Shown: piece after piece, positions 18,901-27,424 of the stretch | How the letters are laid out: the number at the start of each line of letters is the position of its first letter | How positions within the stretch are numbered: the stretch's first letter is position 1 | Assembly: GCA_041687475.1 (NCBI GenBank) | Contig: JAWLBW010000003.1 | Location: 1-49,265 of the forward strand | From: a bacterium | GTDB taxonomy: Bacteria; J088; JAWLBW01 | Direction: 5' to 3' | Length of the DNA stretch: 49,265 nt | Notes under the pieces: generated by a model | The model's input: the letters and a program-made list of their open reading frames with translations, nothing else | What the model was told of the DNA's origin: nothing | The model's database searches: none | Program-made: the position numbers and the translations under genes

Positions 18901-19235
18901 CCGTACAGACGGCCGTCGGGCGCTTCGACGATGACCTGCAACTGCGTCGACTTCGCCAACTGAACGGCAAAACGCCCTTCGGCACGCAGGTTGGCAGCCA
19001 CCCGCGGCTCGTCGTCGAGGGCAAAGTATAGACCATACCCCTCGTCGGGGGCGGTCACCGATACCTCGAGCCGATAAGCCTGGTAGCTGCCCGGCGCCGG
19101 CGAAAGCTCGAGCGTCGGAAACTGCACCGGCACGGTAACCGGGGGGCGTCGGTCGTCACGGGTATCGCCCTCGCACCCCGCCGAAGCAAGGACCGACAGC
19201 AGTACCCCCCAGGCAACGCCCCGTGGCCCCCGCAT
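15984..19235 (-). CDS. Large multidomain lipoprotein, copy B
   Basis: Lipobox SAGC. Same domain order and length (1083 aa) as 6794..10045, with shared blocks STQLQVIVE, WDFVVDGTPPEI, GWNEFAYRR, AFRQNRLLEK and QTY.LANLNTLGAP. Confidence 0.8.
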   Translation of the reverse strand: MRGPRGVAWGVLLSVLASAGCEGDTRDDRRPPVTVPVQFPTLELSPAPGSYQAYRLEVSVTAPDEGYGLYFALDDEPRVAANLRAEGRFAVQLAKSTQLQVIVEAPDGRLYGPVSYEYILEPTQSDAWCQLDVPPRVYYQTGQKVPVAVKYKLPVSLARPELVLDGEVIVLAADDYAGAVTTDVGPFSHDRSHRVQCLVRLPGGTAWAGNTWDFVVDGTPPEIGWITTDFTHDRDTWKNELRLEAGDAFTGLERVEICRAPDDVCLALEEAGSGPGAYVYSTALTDGTSVQPVLYARAIDLAGNERLAPQRTLDLTAFAEPWSAQAGSAIAMVTAAHFDLLEALGGSVADVRLLHADGWQPYTDALHAVALSPGWNEFAYRRTGKQSWETFAVYRAGLSISLPEGADWLVYASNGTSPAGEWRLSAELPGGGLWEEAWLDVPHLLFVEDVEPDGRWGSYDRVFTDAADAFAGRADSPPWRSRGEPVVFAPVQWNPPPPALTEAAVLAVEEGVAADRVVFEWRAERNDYPALHHSWDGLSFPADVSVPASGWCTFFADRVSEGVSDGILNRGEARVSGPCGATGFEIATRPAPFAPMEMSELPPEEILALVVYGVAYGSAVTGEVVYRVPGSLSDSGVIARYPLTGDYDEAVPGAAWFFEPWLYPRLEAELRVWNLDASVPAQSFTAAPEEACVGCAVEVRVIDEEGGDLQALIHVDGQVDGLSDVTGRAMLSDSLVFGQELWAFRQNRLLEKLYVTAPTDVVNLRLLEHSLTVTGVVRDHEGSAVRGAVLRWESDGYLSETTSDDSGAYALPVSDPWGTITMSWSGNGRQFTRSESVSAEAIVDFSLPRPPAAHDPRGLISADGAPVRVCGHFAGAGMCLSDPPASLVTRSAYDAPYWTLVTAASMTGEWWAEWEYMSRKFVLPGSLPSFRAENTAGFQLPISEGLDLLAQEAWCGQWRQEPNGALLAHADCWTWLASDARQTYVLANLNTLGAPSHAGLGLLSATVNNHGGGTPGNQLVVLTELILGRSIQAWMNDGYLEASVPHGVYEAHVLDGRRLLTDDPDNLIRISPVHPTNHALTLP

Positions 19236-19241
19236 TACCCG

Positions 19242-22200
19242 TTACCTCGAGTCGTAGCGCCTGCGCACGGCAAGACCGGCCAGCACTACGGCCAGCAACA
19301 GCGCGCTTGTGTCGCGAGCCTCCGACTGCGCGCAAGAGAGCCCGAAAGCTCGCTCCCACCAGGGGTCGGATCCGCCCGAGAAGCGCATGCGCGCCCCGCT
19401 TTCGTTACCCGCGAGGTCGCGGGCCCGCACCTGCAGCACGTGGTCGCCGCGAACCAGGCCGTCACGAGGTACGACGTCGCCGGAAAGTTGCCGCCAGTCT
19501 TCGCCGTTCCACGCGTATTCGACCGTAACGTAACCGGCCGGGGTCTGCGCGTCGGAAGCGCGTACGGTAATCGGGCTGCCGTCTTCGCCGCCCGAGAGCG
19601 TTACCTCGGGCGCGACGGTATCGACCCGGAACGAATACTCGGTGGCTTCGAGCGCCACCTTCGGCCCCGCCTCGGTGTACTCGACGGCCCGTACCTTGAG
19701 TTTGTGCGGCCCTTCGGTCAGCGTCGGCAGAATCAAGCTTTCCTGCTCCGTCGGCGTGTGCCAGAAACCGTCGTCGACGGAATACGTGTAGCCGACCGTC
19801 GAGTCCTGTCCCACGTGGGCAAAGGACCCCAGGGCCTCGATGGGAATTTCGGGTGTTACCGAGTTGAACCACTCGCGCCGCTCAGCGACGGGTACGAAGG
19901 CCTGGGGCTCAATGCTTCCGGGGGGCGACAGCAGCGCCGCCGTTTCGAGCAGGCTGAACACGTTCAGGTTGCCCAGGAAGCGAGCATAGACGCCCAGGTA
20001 GTCGCCACCGCCCACACCGTCGTCGTTGGGGCCGTCGGGACCCACGTGAACGGCGTCGATGGTGAAGTTGGCGAAGTTCATGCGTGAAACGAAAAACAGA
20101 TTCACGAACGAGTTCATGAGGGCCGGAATGGCGTTTGAAAGTCCGATGCGATTGCAGCGCGAGGTGCCGTCGCAGATGGTTCGCTCGATTACGATGCTCG
20201 AGTCGCCTCTCGTCGTTCCGATGTCGTTAAAGTAGCCCGCAGGAAAATCGAGCCCGTTTTCCCAGGCCGCCTGAAGGTTCGGGCTGTTCATGTCGACGTA
20301 GAATTCGTAGTACCCCGAAACGGTACGCACGTTAACGTACGGACTGGTGCACTGCGGATCGTTGAACAGCGGATCGAGATAAAAACATCTTCGCACCGAC
20401 TGTACGTGCAGACCGAGCACCGGTGTCCAGTACATCGTAATAATCGAAATGTCGCCGCCGTCGGGGTCGTCGAGCACGAAGTCGAGCTTCAAATCGGGTA
20501 TGGCTATGCTGAGCGCATAGGGACCGCGCATGCGCAGGGGCGCCTCGCCGGCACTCGCCCCCTGCGAATCGGGCAGGAAGTCGAGAAAGCCCATGCCCGT
20601 GCGTACCCGCGGGGTCGCCGTGGGCGTCAGCCGCACCTTCATGTGACGGCCGGGGTACAGCGATGCAATCTCGGGCATGAAGGCCGCAAACCGCTCCGTC
20701 GCCAGCAGGCTCTTCCAGGGCGTGTCGCCCCCTTCCGCATCCTGGGCGGCAAACTCGAGACAACCGGCCCCCGAGGCGAACACCGCCTGCAGGAACTGGG
20801 CAATGGATCGCTGGTGCACGTGCAGGCTGAAGTCGTAGCGCACCGGGCTGGTTTCGCGCAGGCTCCAGTTGTTCGTATTCTGACGGAAGACGGCGCTGCC
20901 CGGAACCGTATCCCAGTTGCCGAGCGTGTTCTTTACGCCGGGCGTCACAAGACCCGAACCGGCAGGGGCCTGGTCGTACGTCGGATTGAAGCTGAGCCAG
21001 TGCGTCTGGGGATACAGCGCCGCAAAGTCCGACGCAGACCCGCCGTTATCGCGCAACGTGCGGGGGCCGCCGTTGTTGCCTGCCTGCAGGCACCACGAGG
21101 GCGGCCGCTTGTCTTCGGCGATGGGGCCCGCCCAGTACTCAGGCAGGCGCGCATGGCGGGAAAGATATTGACGCACACCCGTCTTGGGATTCAGGTAGCT
21201 GCCGCTCGCCCCTGTCACGTAGTCGTCGCCGTCCATGACCTGGTCTTCGTCTTCGGTCGCGGCGTGGCTGCCTCGCGAGCAGTTCGAACCGCAGCCCGAG
21301 GTGTTCGGATCCATGAGGGTCGGCACACCATATACCGAGGTCGAGAGCGGCGGGTCGTTGAGATCGACGTCCATGACATTGTTCGCCCCTACGGGCGGGC
21401 GGAAAGCCATGGGCTTGAAGCCTACCGACATGCGAAGATCGGCGACCTCGGAACCTCCGCCGGGTCCCGGTTGCATGAATATGGGCCACCGCACGGTTCC
21501 GTCGGGCATCGTCTTGTAAGCCCCCGGGTAGTTTCCCCCCACCGCATAAATGCCGTTTTCGATGAGCGCCGTGCCGATGTTCATCGGATCGCCAAGGGCC
21601 GTGTTCAGATTCGGAATCTCGGCGGCGAACTCTTCGAGGAAGGGCGCGATCATGTCCTTGAGCGCGTCTTCGATGATGGGAATGAGCATGTCGGGCACGC
21701 CCAGGGGAATGCGAATGCCGAGAATCCTGGCATTGTCGTTGAGAATGTCGCAGAACGAGAAGCTGATGCTGCCGAGAATACCCAGGTCAAGCGATATGCT
21801 GTCGCAGTACGCCGACGGCATGAGAAAGGGATCGGTGCGATTGAGCTTCAGACTGTCGACCGTGGCCTCGAAGCTCAGCCGCGAAGGGTTGAGCTTACCG
21901 TCGTTGTAGGGGTTGAAGATGCCCGTGCAACCGGCAGCACTCGCAGAGGTACAGGAGGTGTCATCGACATTGAACAGACGCAGGGTCGCCTCGACCTGCA
22001 GGCTGTTGAAGCCCACGTACCCGAGCACCCGCTTGTTCTCGTTGTTCGAATTGGGGAACAGGGGAATGTCGCTGAGATACAGATCGGCCGCCGCCCCCAG
22101 CTCGAGCCGGATGTCGGGAGCCCCCAGTTTGATTCGAATGCGCGGATCCGTTCCACCGTAAAGTTGGAACTCATCAAGCTTCAGCATGTACCAGCCGCCG

Positions 22201-23720
22201 CCGGGGCTGAAGCGATTTTCCATCTGGGCGCTCGACAAGGCTTTTGGGTTGGGTATGTTCGAGCACCAGGCGTCGGAGCAGGGAGGCTGGGCGCCGCAAC
22301 GCCCCGGCGAACCGTAGCCCCCTGAGTTCGGATTACCCGGATACATCCATTTTCTGTCGTCGTTGTTCGGGTTGTACGTGCCGTCGGAGTTCCAGGTATC
22401 GAAGGGGTTGCATTGCACCCAATCGCTCTCTTCGTAACTCCAGTAGGACTTGGGCAACACACAATTGGCAGCTTGCCCCGCCGTCAGGTAGCGGGGCTGA
22501 CCGCTCACCAGCTGCCCGGTATAAAAACGCTCGGGACCGCAGCCGTACGTACCGTTGAACGATGATCGGTTTACGCTGTGCACCTGCATCTGATTGTAGT
22601 TCAGGTACAGCGACTGATCGTCGCCGGGGCGGAAATAGGTGCCGAGCTGCCTGCTGTACGCAGCCGTACGGCTGTAGGCCCCGGCGCTGGTGGGCAGGTT
22701 CTTCAGCCAGACATCCCAACGTTGGTAGGTATGGGCATTGCAGTCACCCGGCTTGTAACGGTAGCGCCAGACGCCGACGCAGGCGCCCCAGGCCATGCCG
22801 CCGCAACAGTATCGGCCGTCGCCGAGACACTGAACGCCGTTTTCACAGTCCCAGGTTTCGGTAATCAGGCGCCGCTGCAGGCTGTCGAGGCCGATATAGG
22901 GCCCGCGCTTGACTGTCGGCGTCCACGAGTCGGTGGGTACCCGTTCGTGCTCGACGTGCATGTTCGGGAAAATGAACAGGCGAATGTTGTAATCGAGATC
23001 GATGCCGAGCGTGATGTCTTTAAGCTGCGGTCCGCATGCGGCAGTATCGCCCGACCCCGAATCCTTGGAGTACCGGCTGGTGCAGAACTGAAGTTGGTTG
23101 AAGCTGGCGCCGTCGTCGGCAATCCAGAAACCGTTTTCGCGAAAGTGGGGGCGAATGTCCGAATGCACCGACGGCTTTCCGCCCATGTAGGCCGTTCCGG
23201 GGCGCCGCACCTGGAGCCAGCGGGTTCCGGGCGCCATCTGGCTGGTCTTGCGGCACTCGAGCCCGCAGTACTTGGTGCGATAATCGAAGCCCCCGAGACA
23301 ACCCGAGGCGCTGTCGCAGCCGGGGTCGTTACGCACGCGCGAGCGCCCATCATAGCGCACCCAGTCCCACAGCATGGGCGTGGTACGGGCCAGACCGGCA
23401 TTGCCGTGATTGATGTAGTCGTAGCCGGGGTCGAGAATGAGGTTGGCTCCGGTCGGGTCCTTACCGGGCGTGCCCCAATCCTTGAACGTGTCCCGCACGG
23501 TTATGCGCAGGTAGTCCCAGGCGCCGCGGGTGAGTCGCAGACGGGCGGCGGTACCGGTGATATTGGGGTCGTTGAGGGGCAACGCCTTTTTAACCGGCCC
23601 GTCGAACGAAGGCCCTGAAGACAGTTCGATGACCTGGCCCTCGTCCTCGACTGCTGCTCGGGCCGTTCCAGGGTAGAAGAGGAAAAGCGAGAGTAACGCA
23701 GTGACTATCGGTTTCTTCAT
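19242..23720 (-). CDS. Giant Cys-rich BPI/TULIP-like MYXO-CTERM surface protein, copy B
   Basis: Start MKKPIVTALL at ATG 23720 (ATGA overlap with the upstream stop). Colinear with 10049..14548. Tail SC-x8-ALLLAVVLAGLAV-RRR. Confidence 0.8.
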   Translation of the reverse strand: MKKPIVTALLSLFLFYPGTARAAVEDEGQVIELSSGPSFDGPVKKALPLNDPNITGTAARLRLTRGAWDYLRITVRDTFKDWGTPGKDPTGANLILDPGYDYINHGNAGLARTTPMLWDWVRYDGRSRVRNDPGCDSASGCLGGFDYRTKYCGLECRKTSQMAPGTRWLQVRRPGTAYMGGKPSVHSDIRPHFRENGFWIADDGASFNQLQFCTSRYSKDSGSGDTAACGPQLKDITLGIDLDYNIRLFIFPNMHVEHERVPTDSWTPTVKRGPYIGLDSLQRRLITETWDCENGVQCLGDGRYCCGGMAWGACVGVWRYRYKPGDCNAHTYQRWDVWLKNLPTSAGAYSRTAAYSRQLGTYFRPGDDQSLYLNYNQMQVHSVNRSSFNGTYGCGPERFYTGQLVSGQPRYLTAGQAANCVLPKSYWSYEESDWVQCNPFDTWNSDGTYNPNNDDRKWMYPGNPNSGGYGSPGRCGAQPPCSDAWCSNIPNPKALSSAQMENRFSPGGGWYMLKLDEFQLYGGTDPRIRIKLGAPDIRLELGAAADLYLSDIPLFPNSNNENKRVLGYVGFNSLQVEATLRLFNVDDTSCTSASAAGCTGIFNPYNDGKLNPSRLSFEATVDSLKLNRTDPFLMPSAYCDSISLDLGILGSISFSFCDILNDNARILGIRIPLGVPDMLIPIIEDALKDMIAPFLEEFAAEIPNLNTALGDPMNIGTALIENGIYAVGGNYPGAYKTMPDGTVRWPIFMQPGPGGGSEVADLRMSVGFKPMAFRPPVGANNVMDVDLNDPPLSTSVYGVPTLMDPNTSGCGSNCSRGSHAATEDEDQVMDGDDYVTGASGSYLNPKTGVRQYLSRHARLPEYWAGPIAEDKRPPSWCLQAGNNGGPRTLRDNGGSASDFAALYPQTHWLSFNPTYDQAPAGSGLVTPGVKNTLGNWDTVPGSAVFRQNTNNWSLRETSPVRYDFSLHVHQRSIAQFLQAVFASGAGCLEFAAQDAEGGDTPWKSLLATERFAAFMPEIASLYPGRHMKVRLTPTATPRVRTGMGFLDFLPDSQGASAGEAPLRMRGPYALSIAIPDLKLDFVLDDPDGGDISIITMYWTPVLGLHVQSVRRCFYLDPLFNDPQCTSPYVNVRTVSGYYEFYVDMNSPNLQAAWENGLDFPAGYFNDIGTTRGDSSIVIERTICDGTSRCNRIGLSNAIPALMNSFVNLFFVSRMNFANFTIDAVHVGPDGPNDDGVGGGDYLGVYARFLGNLNVFSLLETAALLSPPGSIEPQAFVPVAERREWFNSVTPEIPIEALGSFAHVGQDSTVGYTYSVDDGFWHTPTEQESLILPTLTEGPHKLKVRAVEYTEAGPKVALEATEYSFRVDTVAPEVTLSGGEDGSPITVRASDAQTPAGYVTVEYAWNGEDWRQLSGDVVPRDGLVRGDHVLQVRARDLAGNESGARMRFSGGSDPWWERAFGLSCAQSEARDTSALLLAVVLAGLAVRRRYDSR

Positions 23721-24670
23721 TGCCCACCCCCATTGGCTTCGCACATCGACAGGTCTTCGCCCGGCGGCGCGGCTTCGGGATCGTCGCAGTAAACGCTTGC
23801 GCCGTACCGCGTGCGACCGTGCTTGAGCAGACGGGATTCGGCCGCCTGGTAGTCGTGGGCGGCAATCAACGAGGCCAGCGAGTAGGCCTCGAGCATGGCG
23901 ATGTCGCGGCGCGCATAACGCTCGTCGGTGTCGCCCCGCATGCCCTCAATGAGTTTCGAGACATGTTCGGCGGTAATGTAGGCGCCGAAGCCCCCGCGCA
24001 GCAGGTCGGAAATCGAAAGCAGCAGCTCTTCGTCGGTCTGGGTCGCCACTGCGGCAGCCACGACGGAGGCCAGCGGGTAGGCGGCGGCATTGAACCAGGT
24101 ATCGGACACGCACTGATTGGCCTTGAGCACGGTAAGTACCCGCAATTTCCGGGCCTCGAGCTCGCCGGGCAACCGCGAAAGCAACGACTGTGCCTTCGCC
24201 TGATTCCACTCTTTCTCATCGCTGCGGCATGCAGAGAGCAGCAGGTTCAGATCGTAAACGGTATGGAAGGCCTGGCTGAGCTGAGCCTTGGCCGTGGTGG
24301 GTCGGGCGGTCGAGTCGCTCTTGAAAGTCATGCCCTGGCGGCCGGGTCGGGTCCGGAAGGGAATGCCCCTGCCCAACCGCTCTTCGTCGGGCACCCCGGC
24401 AATATGCTCTTCATAGCCCATGTCGAGTTCGAACGACACTTCGAGGCTCTGCATGGCGTGGGCCAGATACTTGCCGTCGGGCAGGTGAGAAGAATACGCA
24501 CGAGTCAAGGCACTCGAAAGGGCCTCGAGCAGGCTGTCGACCTGGTATCCGTAATAAACGGGGCCCGAAACCGCAGCGTCGTCCGATGCATGCGAGGGCG
24601 TCGCGGCGGGAAAAGCACTCAGCGCAAGACAACCGAGTCCGGCGAGCATTCGTGTAATACGCTTTTTCAT
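23717..24670 (-). CDS. Secreted alpha-helical hypothetical protein, copy B
   Basis: Signal peptide MKKRITRMLAGLGCLALSAFPA. Shares AVSGP.YYGY.VDSL, DLLRGGFGA, AMLEAY.LASLIAAH, LLKHGR and YC..P..APPG.DL..C with copy A. Confidence 0.75.
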   Translation of the reverse strand: MKKRITRMLAGLGCLALSAFPAATPSHASDDAAVSGPVYYGYQVDSLLEALSSALTRAYSSHLPDGKYLAHAMQSLEVSFELDMGYEEHIAGVPDEERLGRGIPFRTRPGRQGMTFKSDSTARPTTAKAQLSQAFHTVYDLNLLLSACRSDEKEWNQAKAQSLLSRLPGELEARKLRVLTVLKANQCVSDTWFNAAAYPLASVVAAAVATQTDEELLLSISDLLRGGFGAYITAEHVSKLIEGMRGDTDERYARRDIAMLEAYSLASLIAAHDYQAAESRLLKHGRTRYGASVYCDDPEAAPPGEDLSMCEANGGGQ

Positions 24671-24801
24671 CTTTCCCACCTGTTTCCGCGATCCACAGTT
24701 TGCGGCAGGCTGCTTCTCGCAGAGAAGTCATTCTGCCGTTTGAGTTGCCCCCAACCGAATCAAGCGGACGCACCGAGGTTCGGATACCGATCAAAGGCCA
24801 T

Positions 24802-24832
24802 CACATAATATCACAGGTTTATGACATAGCAA
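24802..24832 (-). promoter_or_regulatory. Putative sigma70-type promoter of operon copy B
   Basis: Minus strand TTGCTA-16 bp-TATTAT with CTGTGATATTATGTG, 14/15 identical to the copy A motif and at a similar distance from the start codon. Confidence 0.6.
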
Positions 24833-25095
24833 GGGGGGCTTCGAAACTTCGTCGTGCCCCTCTGTTTCGACCTGCTGCGTCATTTTCGCGGAATGTTAAG
24901 ATAAAAAATATACATCGGCGTCTTATATAAACAGTTAGTATCAGCGTGACGCGAGTGTAATCCACAGCGGAAAACTGAGGAAAGTGATTTCGCGTGGCAC
25001 TTGCCAAGTTGTGTGGGAGCCATCATGGCGGGTAAAACTGCCTGCGCCCCACTCATCAAGCCGGTAAGCGCAACCACGCAACAGGTATGTTACAT

Positions 25096-25105
25096 CCCCC
25101 CCCCC
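25096..25105. repeat. Poly-C10 homopolymer in the divergent promoter region
   Basis: TACAT-CCCCCCCCCC-GTCTG between operon copy B and the symporter gene. Confidence 0.9.
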
Positions 25106-25223
25106 GTCTGAAGTTTCTCACCCGAAAATATTCCGAAAAGGCGAGGGCATTCCGCCCTTGCCAACAAGTCTGAAACCCCGCTGTGTGGTACACTCCCCCT
25201 TTGCCTCGCTTTCCGTAACCTTG

Positions 25224-26225
25224 ATGTCGATCTTCCTTCGAAAGCACTATTTCAACCTGCTTCTGCCGCTCGTACTCCTGCTTGCCTGGGCAAGTCGCGA
25301 CGTCGCACTTTCCGAGCATGTCTCGCGGTCGGCCCTGCAAAGCGGCGCCGTCATAGTCATCTTCCTGATTACGGGCTTTTTGCTTCCGCTCAAGGAGTTC
25401 CTGGCCGGCGTAGCCAATGTTCGGCTGCACGTCTGGGCCCAATCCTTTTCGTTTCTGGCGTATCCGCTTGCCATGCTGGCGGTGGTCACGGTGGGGCAGG
25501 CATGGCTTACGCCGGAAATTCGCCAGGGCATGCTCGTGCTGGCGGTCGTGCCCACGACGGTCAGTTCGTGCGTCATTTACACAACGCTCGCACGTGGAAA
25601 CATCGCCGGGGCGGCCTTCACCGCCATTGCGGGCAACTTCGCGGGCGTCATCATAAGTCCCCTGTTGTTTTCGCTGCTGGTGGCCACCACCGCGGGTATT
25701 TCGGTCGACTGGAACCAGATTGGCAGCCTGCTGCTCGAGATTCTGGTGCCTCTGCTCTTCGGGCTAGCGCTGCGAACCCGGGTACGCCTGCTTCCACCCT
25801 CGTTGGGAAACACCCTGCGCGTCGTTTCGGGGCTGGCGCTCCTGCTCATCATTTACTTCGCCGTGCAGTCGGCACTGGGGCCCAAAAGCAGCATCTGGCG
25901 CTGGAGCCTTGGCGAGCTGGTCGGCCCCGTGCTTACCCTGACGGTTTTCAATCTTTCCATGCTGGCCGCCATCTGGTGGTCAAGCCGGTTGTCGGGCCTG
26001 CCGCGCGACGATCGTAAGACCATGCTCTTCGTGGGGTCGCAGAAGACCGTTACCGTGGGGCTTCCCCTGCTGCACGCCTTCTACAGCGATACGCCCGAGC
26101 TGATGGGGGTCGTATCCATACCCCTCATTATTTATCATCCGCTTCAACTGGTAATCGCCGGGTTCGTCGCCCCCCGTCTGGCCGAAGACCCCGAAGACGA
26201 GCACATGGTCGAAAACGCCACATGA
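25224..26225 (+). CDS. Bile acid:sodium symporter family (SBF-like) membrane transporter
   Basis: About 10 hydrophobic segments. Motifs IFLITG..L, LAVVPTTVSSCVIYT..ARGN, GN..GV..SP, SQKT...G.P and P.IIYHPLQL. Start placed at ATG 25224; the ORF extends to TTG 25158. Confidence 0.88.
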   Translation: MSIFLRKHYFNLLLPLVLLLAWASRDVALSEHVSRSALQSGAVIVIFLITGFLLPLKEFLAGVANVRLHVWAQSFSFLAYPLAMLAVVTVGQAWLTPEIRQGMLVLAVVPTTVSSCVIYTTLARGNIAGAAFTAIAGNFAGVIISPLLFSLLVATTAGISVDWNQIGSLLLEILVPLLFGLALRTRVRLLPPSLGNTLRVVSGLALLLIIYFAVQSALGPKSSIWRWSLGELVGPVLTLTVFNLSMLAAIWWSSRLSGLPRDDRKTMLFVGSQKTVTVGLPLLHAFYSDTPELMGVVSIPLIIYHPLQLVIAGFVAPRLAEDPEDEHMVENAT

Positions 26226-26499
26226 TACCCTCCAGTCGCATTCTGCAGTCTGCCCACACGCCCGGGCGTCACTGCGCCGGCACCGGTATCGCCGGTCTGG
26301 TGAACTTTCACGGAGCGGGCTTTTCCGATGCCATGTGCTTCGGTCTGGGCGAGGGGCTGAGCTTACGGCGTGGACGGAGCTGGCCCTGATTCTCAAGGCA
26401 ATTTCCGAAGGCCCCGCGCCTGACTTCACATCTGCGGTCGACGCACTTCGGCGCGTCATCGACCGCGAAGACCGATATCACCGGGCGGTTCTGGGTTAA
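26222..26499 (+). pseudogene. Internally deleted, frameshifted BtrH-N/DUF4872-like gene remnant
   Basis: ATG 26222 overlaps the symporter stop (ATGA). It reads MIPSSRILQSAHTPGRHCAGTGIAGLVNFHGAGFSDAMCFGLGEGL, like a BtrH N-terminus, and stops at 26389. A second frame 26365..26499 reads TAWTELALILKAIS...AVDALRRVIDREDRYHRAVLG*, like the family's C-terminal helices. Confidence 0.6.
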
Positions 26500-26540
26500 G
26501 CCGCCCTTCGCGAATCCGAACCACTGGGGGAGGAAGAGAT

Positions 26541-27245
26541 ATGCAACGCGTCGCACTGGTTACCGGAGGCGCCATTCGCGTGGGCCGGGCCATTTCCGAA
26601 GCCCTGTACGAAGCCGGCTTTACCCTTGCCCTGCACTACCACGGCAGCGCCGAAGCGGCCGTGCGCTTTCAGGACGAGCACCCCGGCAGCACGTTACACC
26701 GGGCCGACCTGGCCGAGGTAAGTGAAGTCAATCGCCTGGCCGACGAAGTGGCCGGGGCGCACGGCCGAATCGATGTGCTCGTGAACTCGGCGGCCCTCTT
26801 CTACCCCACTCCCGTGGGAGAAGCGACGCAGGAACAGTGGGATCGGCTGCACCACGTGAACCTGCGCGCCCCCTTCTTTCTCGCGCAAGCCGTACGGCCC
26901 CATATGCCGGCGGGTGGCGTCATCATCAACATCGCCGACGTCAACGCCGTCGTACCCTGGGCCCGTTATCTTGCCTACGGCACCACGAAGGCCGGCATTG
27001 TCTCGCTCACGCACGGTCTGGCTCGCGAGCTGGCCCCCGATATTCGCGTGAACGCCGTGGCCCCCGGCCCCGTGCTCCTGCCCGAATCCTATGCTGCAGA
27101 CAAGCGCAGTGAGAGCGTCGAGCGCACACTGTTGAAGCGCGAAGGAACGCCGGCCCATGTGGCGCACGCCGTACGGTTTCTGGTCGAAAACGATTACATC
27201 ACGGGCGCCGTGCTACCCGTCGATGGGGGGCGGGCGCTCACGTAA
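26541..27245 (+). CDS. Short-chain dehydrogenase/reductase, pteridine reductase (FolM/PTR1-like)
   Basis: LVTGGAIRVGRAI, LHYHGS, LVNSAALFYPTP, VNLRAPFFL, Y..TK, RVNAVAPG and VDGGR. GGAGG RBS. Confidence 0.85.
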   Translation: MQRVALVTGGAIRVGRAISEALYEAGFTLALHYHGSAEAAVRFQDEHPGSTLHRADLAEVSEVNRLADEVAGAHGRIDVLVNSAALFYPTPVGEATQEQWDRLHHVNLRAPFFLAQAVRPHMPAGGVIINIADVNAVVPWARYLAYGTTKAGIVSLTHGLARELAPDIRVNAVAPGPVLLPESYAADKRSESVERTLLKREGTPAHVAHAVRFLVENDYITGAVLPVDGGRALT

Positions 27246-27343
27246 CGGGGAACCGACGCAAACGCGGAACGGGGAACTCGAAACGCGGAACCCAACGCAA
27301 ACGCGGAGCGCGAAAAACGGGAACCAACGCTAATGCGGAATGG
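27244..27343. repeat. Degenerate 7-bp tandem repeat (AACGCGG/AACGGGG)
   Basis: AACGGGG, AACGCGG (x3), AACTCGA and AATGCGG units between the convergent SDR and polA genes. Confidence 0.65.
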
Positions 27344-27424
27344 CAACTGTGCCCGTGGCCATGCCTGCGGCTGGAGCAGACGACGGACGACCGACGTCCG
27401 CCGACCTCCGTGCAGCCGTGCACG

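Larger units (their letters stand above)
6794..24832 (-). repeat. Diverged tandem duplication of a three-gene operon (about 9.2 kb unit)
   Basis: Stop-to-stop offsets of 9190, 9193 and 9169 bp for the three gene pairs. Protein blocks are near-identical with many synonymous DNA differences. Confidence 0.92.

Noticed and set aside
13030-23350. Diversity-generating retroelement explaining the variable loops
   Set aside because: No reverse transcriptase or template repeat is visible in the window, and the differences include indels and are not adenine-restricted.
6794-24832. Duplication as an assembly artefact or very recent amplification
   Set aside because: The copies differ by abundant synonymous substitutions and indels, and their intergenic DNA is unalignable by eye.
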